The notes under the pieces were generated by a model. The model had not been told where the DNA came from and did no database searches. It saw nothing but the letters and a program-made list of their open reading frames with translations. From NCBI GenBank assembly GCA_044868695.1, contig JBIOWP010000097.1:1-10311 (forward strand): DNA of 10,311 nt. The letters run 5' to 3'. Every line of letters starts with the position of its first letter. The first letter of the stretch is position 1. This stretch comes from a bacterium. Its GTDB lineage: Bacteria > Sysuimicrobiota > Sysuimicrobiia > Sysuimicrobiales > Kaftiobacteriaceae. Of this stretch, positions 1 through 8,721 are shown piece after piece. The position numbers and the translations under genes are program-made.

Positions 1-498
1 GGTGCGGCACCTTCGCCGGCAGCACCACCGGCTCTTTCTCGTACTCGTCGTAGTTGGGGATGAAGTTAACGGTGTCCTTGTCGATGTCGGCCAGCAGCTC
101 CATCGCGAGCGGAGTGAGACGGCACTCCGAATACCGCATGGCCGCCGGTGGGTCGCCGTCAATGCTGCCGAAATTCCCCTGTCCGTCGACCAGCGGATAC
201 CGGAAAGACCACGGCTGCGCCATGCGCACCAGCGATTCGTAGATCGGCACGTCGCCGTGGGGGTGGTACTTCTTCATCACGTCCCCCACGACGGCCGCAG
301 ACTTACGGTACGGCCGGTCCGGCCGCAGCCCGGCCTCCAGCATCCCGAACAGGATGCGCCGCTGCACCGGTTTGAGCCCGTCTCGGATGTCCGGCAGCGC
401 CCGGCTGACGATGACGGACATCGCATAGTCGAGGTACGAGGTCTTCATCTCGTCCTCGATGGGCTTGGGGAGGATACGGGATTCGTCGGGGAGGGGCA

Positions 499-499
<1 letters not shown>
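1..499 (-). CDS. gyrA: DNA gyrase subunit A, N-terminal ~166 aa (runs off the left edge)
   Basis: Not in the ORF track; translated by hand from ATG at 499: [50 protein letters not shown]...KYHPHGD...[21 protein letters not shown] (catalytic Tyr123). The start overlaps the gyrB stop (TGATG). Position next to dnaA/recF favours gyrA over parC. Confidence 0.95.
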
Positions 500-2464
<1,965 letters not shown>

Positions 2465-2469
2465 CAGGT

Positions 2470-2503
2470 CGGGAGGGGCTTGCCCGTTCCGGCGCCCCTC
2501 CCG
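2470..2503 (-). promoter_or_regulatory. GC-rich stem-loop in the putative gyrB 5' leader
   Basis: CGGGAGGGGC (2470-2479) is the reverse complement of GCCCCTCCCG (2494-2503): 10-bp stem, 14-nt loop, no U-tract on either strand. Confidence 0.6.
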
Positions 2504-2531
2504 TGGTTGACCTAATCGACCAGCACAACTC

Positions 2532-2561
2532 AGTCTAACATGGGGTTCTCGGCCCCGTCAA
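2532..2561 (-). promoter_or_regulatory. Putative sigma70/sigmaA promoter for gyrB-gyrA
   Basis: Minus strand TTGACG (2561-2556), N18 spacer, TAGACT (2537-2532), with an extended -10 TGn (TGT-TAGACT). It lies in the remB-gyrB intergenic gap. Confidence 0.7.
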
Positions 2562-2578
2562 CGCACGAAATCCCGCAT

Positions 2579-2860
2579 CTAGCGCGGAGTTTCGCGCTCC
2601 CAGGCCATCGCCGGCGCCCCCACACCGGCCATCCGCCGGGCCAGGGTCGCGGGCGAAATTCCCGACGCGATCACGGCGATCGCGGTGACGACCAGGGCCT
2701 TACGGTCCTCACCCGGCCCGCCGCCCCGCAGCCGGCGGGAGTGCCTGGACTTGTCGACAAACTCCCGATTGATCTCCGACGAGGCCAGCAGGCGGGCGTC
2801 TAGAACAGCCACCACGTCCGTGACTCGAATGACGACGTCACCCCCGAGGTGGACGTACAT
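2579..2860 (-). CDS. remB: RemB/YaaB-like protein (DUF370 family)
   Basis: N-terminal MYVHLGGDVVIRVTDVVAVLD and C-terminal KALVVT...SGISPATLARR fit the YaaB/RemB pattern. It sits in the Firmicute-type position between recF and gyrB. Confidence 0.8.
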   Translation of the reverse strand: MYVHLGGDVVIRVTDVVAVLDARLLASSEINREFVDKSRHSRRLRGGGPGEDRKALVVTAIAVIASGISPATLARRMAGVGAPAMAWERETPR

Positions 2861-3347
2861 CCGCGGACCCGGGCTGGCGCTTCTTCCACAGCAGTTGACT
2901 CTCCATTACCTTCCTGGCCGTCGCGCGCAATTCCGGATCCGCGATCTCCGCGACGGTGCGCTCAATCGCCGCCGTCTCCTCGCCGGAGAGCGCGGGCTCC
3001 TGGGCCTGTGGCACGGCGGGGGCTCCCAGCGTAGCCGGGGCCGCCGGCGGACCGGTCCGCGGGCGCAGCCGCATCTCTGCCACCGCGCGAACGCCCAGCC
3101 GCCGATTGATCTCCTCAGCAATTCCGCCGCGCCGGGCCGACAGTTCCTGCACCCACAGCCCGGGCTCCACTTCCACCACGAGCGTCGTGCCGCGCAGTCC
3201 CGCCGGCCGGGAATACGCGGCTCCCTCACCGACGATCTCCGCCCACATCTCCTGGATCATGGCTTCATACGCGGCGCGCTCTACGCCCAGCGCCGCCGCC
3301 GCCGAACGCAGAATCGTCCTAAGGGAGGTGAGCGCGCTGCGCTTCAA
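2838..3347 (-). CDS. dciA: DUF721 / DciA-like protein (putative helicase loader)
   Basis: Core WAEIVGEGAAYSRPAGLRGTTLVVEVEPGLWVQELSARRGGIAEEINRRLG fits the DUF721 pattern, followed by a Pro/Ala-rich linker and a helical tail. Start moved from 3362 to TTG at 3347, which has SD GGGAGGA at 3358-3352. Lies between recF and gyrB. Confidence 0.75.
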   Translation of the reverse strand: MKRSALTSLRTILRSAAAALGVERAAYEAMIQEMWAEIVGEGAAYSRPAGLRGTTLVVEVEPGLWVQELSARRGGIAEEINRRLGVRAVAEMRLRPRTGPPAAPATLGAPAVPQAQEPALSGEETAAIERTVAEIADPELRATARKVMESQLLWKKRQPGSADVRPPRG

Positions 3348-4446
3348 CCGTTCCTCCCGCAACGCGGTAGACCGCGGCGTCCGCGGGCAGCTCCGGCAGC
3401 GTCGCGAGTGTGGTCACGGTTACCAGCGTCTGCGCGCCGCGTGCGAACGTCAGTAGCTGCGCCTGCCTGGGCTCGTCCATTGCCATCACCACGTCATCCA
3501 GGAGCAGGGTCGGCTCTTCGCCGGTGTCCTCGCGCAGCAGCCGGCGCTCCGCGAGCCGCAGCGCGAGCACGGCCGCGAGTTGCTGGCCCCGTGATCCGTA
3601 TAGCCGCAGGGAGCGGCCGTCCACGGCCAGGTGGACGTCATCGCGGTGCGGCCCGGCCAGTGTCACGCCGCGGGCCAGCTCTGCCGGGCGCCGCTGCGCC
3701 AGGGCGCGGCGCGCGTCCTGCGCGAGCTCCTCTTCATCCGCGCCGGCCAGGTTCGGCGCGTAGGTTACCGTCAGCGCTTCGCGCCCCGCCGTCACCTCGC
3801 CGTAGATCTCTCGCGCGGCCGCGGCCATGCGGTCCACCAGCGCGCGGCGCCGTACGGTGATGGCCGCGCCCAGCACGGCCACTTGCTCGTCCCATGGCTC
3901 CAGGACACCCGGTGCGGCGCGCCCCGCCCGCAGGAGCTGGTTGCGCTGCAGCACTGCCCGGGCATAGCGCTGCGCGGCGTAGAAATACGACGGGCTCATC
4001 TGCGCCAGCAGCAGGTCCACCAGCCGGCGCCTCGGCGCGGGCCCGCCGGCGGCGATGTCGGCGTCGTGCGGAGTGGCTACGACGCACAAGAGGTGTCCAA
4101 AGATCTCTCCACGGCGCACCGGGACGCCGTTAAGCCGCACCTCCCGCCACAGGCGGCCGGGCTGCGGCGCCGATGCATCCGCGCGGAGCGCGACGTCTAT
4201 CTCCACATCACGATCCGCCCGCGCTGCCGCCGCGTGCACCCGGGCCCAGCTCTCTCCCAGGGTGATGAGGTCGCCGTCGCGCTGCGCGCGGTGCGAGCGG
4301 CCGGTGGCGGCCACCTCTACGGCCTCCAGCAGCGAGGACTTCCCCTGAGCGTTGGCTCCGACCAGAACCGTCAGCCCCTGGCCGGGCTCGATCTCGGTGC
4401 GGCGGTGGTTGCGGAAGTTGATGACGCGCAGGCGTGTGATGTGCAT
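3319..4446 (-). CDS. recF: DNA replication/repair protein RecF
   Basis: Start taken as ATG at 4446 (MHITRLRVINFRNH), 1 nt after the yaaA stop. Walker A GANAQGKSS, GPHRDD, signature SRGQQ, Walker B LLLDD. Confidence 0.95.
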   Translation of the reverse strand: MHITRLRVINFRNHRRTEIEPGQGLTVLVGANAQGKSSLLEAVEVAATGRSHRAQRDGDLITLGESWARVHAAAARADRDVEIDVALRADASAPQPGRLWREVRLNGVPVRRGEIFGHLLCVVATPHDADIAAGGPAPRRRLVDLLLAQMSPSYFYAAQRYARAVLQRNQLLRAGRAAPGVLEPWDEQVAVLGAAITVRRRALVDRMAAAAREIYGEVTAGREALTVTYAPNLAGADEEELAQDARRALAQRRPAELARGVTLAGPHRDDVHLAVDGRSLRLYGSRGQQLAAVLALRLAERRLLREDTGEEPTLLLDDVVMAMDEPRQAQLLTFARGAQTLVTVTTLATLPELPADAAVYRVAGGTVEAQRAHLP

Positions 4447-4447
4447 C

Positions 4448-4660
4448 TCAGCCGCGAACCACCTCGAGTGCGCGCCGCCCAACCTCGACCCGGTCGCCGG
4501 GCACCAGCGTCCGTCCCCGGCGGCGTTCCGTCTGGCCGTTCACCTTCACACGGCCGGACTGGACCAGCGCCTTCGCCGCCCCGCCCGACTGGGCCACGTT
4601 AGCCCATTTCAAAAACGCGCCCAACTCCACGCTGTCTGTACCGATGGGCACTTGTTCCAC
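4448..4660 (-). CDS. yaaA: S4-domain RNA-binding protein, YaaA family
   Basis: ELGAFLKWANVAQSGGAAKALVQSGRVKVNGQTERRRGRTLVPGDRVEV is an S4_2/YaaA pattern; position between dnaN and recF as in Bacillus. Confidence 0.88.
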   Translation of the reverse strand: MEQVPIGTDSVELGAFLKWANVAQSGGAAKALVQSGRVKVNGQTERRRGRTLVPGDRVEVGRRALEVVRG

Positions 4661-4677
4661 CGGGGAGACGCTCTCGT

Positions 4678-5787
4678 TCAGGCGTACACCCTCACGGGGG
4701 CGAGAACGTACACGTAGTCGGTGTGGTGCGCGGGGCGGAGCGCGCCGGGACTGAGCGGGCCGGTCAGTTCGAAAAAGAGCTCGTCGGACGCGATGTTGTT
4801 CAGGCAGTCGATCAGGTACCGGGCATTGAACGCCGCCTCGACGCTCTCGCCCTCGGCCGTCACGTCGACCTCCTCGCGCGCCTTCCCGACCTCCGGCGTG
4901 TTGGAGGTGATCGTGAGGACCTTGCCCTTCGCGGCCAGCCGGACGACGTTCGCTGAGTCCCGCGCGGTGATCGACGCGCGGCGTACGGCGCGCAGGAGGC
5001 GGTCGGTCTGCACCCGGATGCGCTGCTTGAACTCCTGCGGGATCACCTGCTGGTAGTTCGGAAACTGCCCGCTGATGAGCCGCGAGAACACGCGCAACCC
5101 CGGGACCGCGAACACCAACTGGTTGTCGGCCATCGCCAGCTGTACGGCTCCTTCGGCGCCGGCCAGGGCCCGCCCGAGTTCCTGGAGCGCTTTCGCGGGC
5201 ACGATGACACCCAGCTTCTGCCGCGCCGGCTCCGCCAGCGTCACCTTGCGCAGCGCCAGCCTGCCGCCGTCCGTCGCCACGAACCGGGCCTCGGCGCCAT
5301 CCAGCACCACGTACACGCCCGTCAAGAACGGCCGGGTCTCGTCGGCGGACACGGCAAAGATCGTCTGGTTGATCATCATCCGCACAATGTCGGCTTCAAT
5401 GGTGCCTACAGCCTCGCCGTCGGCCCGCGGGAGCGTGGGGAAGTCCCCTGCCGGTAGCCCCAGGATCTCGAACTGGCTCGCTTCGCAACTGATTTGTGCC
5501 TGCGGCCCGCCCTCCGCAGCTTTGATCTCAACCGTCGCCGCCGGCAGATTGCCAACAATCTCGGTCAGAATGCGCGCAGGCAACGTCATCTGTCCGCCTT
5601 GTTTGACCTCAGCATCCACTTCCACCTGTACCGCCAGTTCCAAGTCCGTCGCGGTAAGCTTGATGCCGTCCTTTTGGGTTTCCATCAACACGTACCCAAG
5701 AATTGGCATCGTTGTCCGGGTCGAGATCGCCCGGCCGACCAATTGGACGGCTTTAAGAAGAGCTGGCTGTGGACAGGTTACCCACAT
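4678..5787 (-). CDS. dnaN: DNA polymerase III beta sliding clamp
   Basis: 369 aa with MPILG, ATDLE, ADETRPFLTGV, VATDGGRLA, SRLISGQFPNYQQVIP, FNARYLID and C-terminal VLAPVR. SD GGAGG upstream; directly downstream of dnaA. Confidence 0.97.
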   Translation of the reverse strand: MWVTCPQPALLKAVQLVGRAISTRTTMPILGYVLMETQKDGIKLTATDLELAVQVEVDAEVKQGGQMTLPARILTEIVGNLPAATVEIKAAEGGPQAQISCEASQFEILGLPAGDFPTLPRADGEAVGTIEADIVRMMINQTIFAVSADETRPFLTGVYVVLDGAEARFVATDGGRLALRKVTLAEPARQKLGVIVPAKALQELGRALAGAEGAVQLAMADNQLVFAVPGLRVFSRLISGQFPNYQQVIPQEFKQRIRVQTDRLLRAVRRASITARDSANVVRLAAKGKVLTITSNTPEVGKAREEVDVTAEGESVEAAFNARYLIDCLNNIASDELFFELTGPLSPGALRPAHHTDYVYVLAPVRVYA

Positions 5788-5901
5788 GGAGTCCTCCGGA
5801 ATTAATAATTATAAAACTTCGTAGTAGTACTAATAGTGCTGTGGATACTGTGGATAAGCAAATGCAGGCTAACAATAGCAAGCGAATGAGGGTGTGTATA
5901 G
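5768..5901. other. oriC, DNA-unwinding half: DnaA boxes, DnaA-trios and A/T-rich tract
   Basis: Minus strand TTATCCACA (5857-5849, perfect) abuts GTATCCACA (5848-5840). Trios TAG-TAG-TAC-TAA-TAG lie on the + strand at 5822-5836, and a 17-nt A/T-only tract at 5800-5816. Further near-consensus boxes at 5893-5901, 5778-5786 and 5768-5776. Confidence 0.9.
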
Positions 5902-5953
5902 CCCTGGGATAACGGGCGGGCACAATCCCCATCATGTGGAGTCTGCAGAAACA

Positions 5954-7285
5954 TCACTCGGCGCTGCGCAGACTGTCCACAAGCCTCTTCAGATTGGCTG
6001 CGAAGTAGGCGTCCTTACCCAGCACATCCTTCACTCGCTCGCAGGCGTGCATGACGGTGGTGTGATCACGGCCACCGAACTCTTCACCGATCCGCGGCAG
6101 GGAGGCGTCGGTGAGTTCGCGGGCGAGGTACATCGCTACCTGGCGGGGGAAGGCGATGCCTTTCGTCCGTCGCTTCGCGCGCATCTCTTCGACGCGCAGG
6201 TCGAAGTGTTCGGCCACCGTCCGCTGGATCATCTGGATCGTGACCGGTCGGCTCGGGGAGGCCGGGAGCAGTTCCTTGAGAATTTCGGCGGCAAGGTCCA
6301 CGGTCATGGGTGCGCGGGTGAGGCCGGCGTAGGCGACGACGCGCACGAGGGCGCCTTCCAGCTCGCGGATGTTGGACTGGATGCGCTGCGCGATGAACTC
6401 CGCCACTTCGTCGGGCACGCTGAGGCCATCCAGCTCGGCCTTCTTCCGGAGAATCGCGATGCGGGTCTCCAGGTCGGGGGGCTGGATGTCGGCGATCAGC
6501 CCCCACTCGAAGCGTGATCGCAGGCGGTCTTCCAGCGTCGGGATCTCCTTGGGCGGCCGGTCGCTGGTGATGATGATTTGCCGGCTCGCCTCGTGCAGGG
6601 TGTTGAAGGTGTGGAAGAACTCCTCCTGCGTGCGCTCCTTGCCGGCGAGGAACTGGATGTCGTCGATGAGCAGTACATCGACGTTGCGATATTTCGTGCG
6701 AAACTCCAGCGTCCGGTCGTCGCGAATCGCGTTGATCAGTTCGTTGGTGAACTTTTCGCTGCTGATGTATGCGACGCGGGTGAGCTGCTTCTTGTGGATG
6801 ACGTGATGCCCGATGGCCTGCAGCAGATGGGTTTTGCCCAGGCCCACGCCGCCGTAGATGAACAAAGGATTGTACGCACGGGCGGGGGCCTCGGCCACCG
6901 CCATGGCCGCGGCGTGTGCGAACCGGTTTCCCGAGCCGATCACGAACGTATCAAACGTGTATTTCGGCGCCAGGGGCAGGCCGTCTGGTGCCCGCGTCGC
7001 TGCCGTCTGGGCGGGCGCAGCAGATTCCTCGACGACCGTCAACTGGATGCTGACCGCGCGCGAGAGCACTTCCTGCAGGGCGCTGTGGATGAGTCCGGCA
7101 TGGCGGGATTCAATCCACTCCTTCGCATGGCGGCTGGGCACGGCGAAGACCAGCGTGTCGCCGTGGACGGCCACCGGGAGCATGTTCTTTAGGTAGAGTT
7201 CGTAGGTGGGCTTGCTCAGGCGGCTTTCAATACGGCGCAGCGCTTCCTGCCAGATGCCTGCCGCGGACGACGTGTCGACTGCCAT
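5954..7285 (-). CDS. dnaA: Chromosomal replication initiator DnaA
   Basis: [29 protein letters not shown] (Walker A), LLIDDIQF (Walker B), [27 protein letters not shown], domain IV RQVAMYL...[17 protein letters not shown] at 7301-7296. Confidence 0.99.
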   Translation of the reverse strand: MAVDTSSAAGIWQEALRRIESRLSKPTYELYLKNMLPVAVHGDTLVFAVPSRHAKEWIESRHAGLIHSALQEVLSRAVSIQLTVVEESAAPAQTAATRAPDGLPLAPKYTFDTFVIGSGNRFAHAAAMAVAEAPARAYNPLFIYGGVGLGKTHLLQAIGHHVIHKKQLTRVAYISSEKFTNELINAIRDDRTLEFRTKYRNVDVLLIDDIQFLAGKERTQEEFFHTFNTLHEASRQIIITSDRPPKEIPTLEDRLRSRFEWGLIADIQPPDLETRIAILRKKAELDGLSVPDEVAEFIAQRIQSNIRELEGALVRVVAYAGLTRAPMTVDLAAEILKELLPASPSRPVTIQMIQRTVAEHFDLRVEEMRAKRRTKGIAFPRQVAMYLARELTDASLPRIGEEFGGRDHTTVMHACERVKDVLGKDAYFAANLKRLVDSLRSAE

Positions 7286-7325
7286 GTGCGTGCTGCCTCC
7301 TGGAGCGGGAGATAAAGTCCCGGGC

Positions 7326-8114
7326 CTACGGCTTGAACACGTCGCCCAGGGCGGCGATGCCTTCTTCCGTCAGTGTGCGCTTGCCGGCGTCCTTGCCGTC
7401 TACCAGCCGGCGCTGCTCTAGCAGCTGCAGCTCGCGGTAGGCCGTGCTCTGACTCACGCCGAGTTCCTTCGCGATGGCCGAGGGACCGGCCGACCCCAAC
7501 TCGGCGATCAGCAGCAGCACCTTCTTCTGCCGGGGCGTCAGATCGGGCCGCTCGAGGGGGTCCGGTGCCGGGCCCGGGGTGGGCGCAGCGGGCGGCCGCA
7601 CGGGCTCGCCACCGACGGTCAGTGTGACGACCGCGCCGCGGCCGAGGTTGTCCTCGATCCGCACGGCGCCCCCCAGGAATGCCAACTGCTCCCGGGCGAC
7701 GGGCAGCCCTGAGCCGACCCCCTTGATGAGGCGGCGCATCTGCGGAGTGGCGGTGGTGAAGCCCGGCTGCAGCGCCTTTTCCTTGTCGGGAATGCCGGGC
7801 CCCTGATCGGAGATCCGGATCGTGTTGCCGTCGTCGAGGATACTGATCACGGCGCCTCTGAAAAACGCGTGGATCAGATTTTCAATAATCTCGCGGATCA
7901 CCACATACGGGATGCGCCCGCCGCGGTCGCGGGCGAAATCGTACGTGCGCGCGGCGAGGTCGCCGACAAACTCGTGGAACTCCGAGCCCCGCAGGGAGAC
8001 CACCCGGGGAGCAGCCAGGGGCGAGTCATATACGGCCACCCTGACCTCGGGCTCCTCCGGCGCCGCCGACTCCTCGTGCTCCTGAAGCTGGCGCAGGAAC
8101 TCCGTCATCGCCAT
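7326..8114 (-). CDS. Uncharacterised GHKL (HATPase_c) ATP-binding domain fused to a C-terminal winged HTH
   Basis: N-box [10 protein letters not shown]1 DQGPGI, F-box PGFTT, G2 GVGSGLP, Pro-rich linker, then [16 protein letters not shown]...[28 protein letters not shown]...GKRTLTEEG (wHTH). The true start may be the second ATG at 8108, which has GAGG 6 nt upstream. Confidence 0.85.
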   Translation of the reverse strand: MAMTEFLRQLQEHEESAAPEEPEVRVAVYDSPLAAPRVVSLRGSEFHEFVGDLAARTYDFARDRGGRIPYVVIREIIENLIHAFFRGAVISILDDGNTIRISDQGPGIPDKEKALQPGFTTATPQMRRLIKGVGSGLPVAREQLAFLGGAVRIEDNLGRGAVVTLTVGGEPVRPPAAPTPGPAPDPLERPDLTPRQKKVLLLIAELGSAGPSAIAKELGVSQSTAYRELQLLEQRRLVDGKDAGKRTLTEEGIAALGDVFKP

Positions 8115-8181
8115 CCTCGCCGGCCGGGGATCCGCGCATATGCAGTTTGTAATCGGGTGAGACGGTCACGAAGGTTTGCCG

Positions 8182-8208
8182 CCGTCCGGGAAAGTCCTAC
8201 CCGGACGG
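8182..8208. promoter_or_regulatory. Perfect 9-bp inverted repeat upstream of the GHKL-wHTH gene
   Basis: CCGTCCGGG (8182-8190), spacer AAAGTCCTA, CCCGGACGG (8200-8208). Extendable by GCCG/CGGC (8178-8181/8213-8216) across a 4-nt bulge. Confidence 0.5.
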
Positions 8209-8263
8209 ATACCGGCGGGCACATTTCACGACAGTCCGTGAGCAAGCGAGCGGTGACCACGAT

Positions 8264-8546
8264 TGTGGATAGCCCCCGGGGGAGTGAACCCGAGTTCGTG
8301 CACTCCACCAGCCGTTCCTGCCGAACAGAGGTGCGCGGCCGGTGGAGTGGTTGCCGCCGCTGGAGCGGGGATCGAGAGGATATCCACAGCTGTGAAAAAC
8401 CCTGTGGACAATCCAAAAGAAGTCCTGAGGGAGACGGGAGGAGTCCGCCCGCGGCGGAGCCGTCATGGCATGGGCTCTAGAGACGGCCGGACCGGCCTCC
8501 GGAAAATCTGTGGATGGGAGATGGCGTTGCTCCCAAGTTACCCACA
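8264..8546. promoter_or_regulatory. DnaA-box cluster in the divergent promoter region (autoregulatory and/or second half of oriC)
   Basis: TGTGGATAG 8264-8272, ATATCCACA 8380-8388, TGTGAAAAA 8391-8399 (= TTTTTCACA, fits TTWTNCACA), TGTGGACAA 8403-8411, TGTGGATGG 8509-8517, TTACCCACA 8538-8546. Confidence 0.85.
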
Positions 8547-8564
8547 GCCCCTGGAGCAGGCGTG

Positions 8565-8573
8565 TGCTATAGT
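8565..8573 (+). promoter_or_regulatory. Putative extended -10 promoter of the rpmH operon
   Basis: TGcTATAGT ends 10 nt before the rpmH GTG; no clear -35. Confidence 0.55.
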
Positions 8574-8583
8574 GGGTGGTGCC

Positions 8584-8721
8584 GTGGCGAAACGAACCTT
8601 TCAGCCGAAAGCCCATAGACGCAAGAAGACGCACGGATTCCTGCGCCGCATGCGGACACCGGGCGGGCGGACGGTCCTCCGCCGCCGCCGGAGCAAGGGC
8701 CGGTGGCGCGTGACGGTGTAA
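8584..8721 (+). CDS. rpmH: 50S ribosomal protein L34 (45 aa)
   Basis: GTG at 8584: [45 protein letters not shown]. This is the C-terminal end of track ORF 8263..8721. Confidence 0.97.
   Translation: MAKRTFQPKAHRRKKTHGFLRRMRTPGGRTVLRRRRSKGRWRVTV

Noticed and set aside
2470..2503. Intrinsic terminator between remB and gyrB
   Set aside because: The hairpin has no U-tract on either strand and lies downstream of the predicted gyrB promoter; kept as a leader structure instead.
4653..4668. parS-like half sites (TGTTCCAC here; TTTCACG near 8224)
   Set aside because: The second half of the 16-bp parS palindrome is missing in both cases.
5904..5943. Further DnaA-box candidates (CTGGGATAA, TGTGGAGTC)
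   Set aside because: Three mismatches to TTWTNCACA; too weak to call without footprinting.
7326..8114. Classical two-component sensor histidine kinase or mobile-element cargo
   Set aside because: No TM/sensor or HisKA domain and no response regulator. No transposase, integrase, terminal repeats or obvious compositional shift around the gene.
8263..8583. Apparent 107-aa N-terminal extension of L34 (track ORF 8263..8721)
   Set aside because: L34 similarity starts at GTG 8584. The extension runs across DnaA boxes and the putative rpmH promoter.
8584..8721. Thermus-style rnpA completely overlapping rpmH
   Set aside because: The rnpA frame has a TAG at 8616-8618, so the overlap is limited to 19 nt from GTG 8703.
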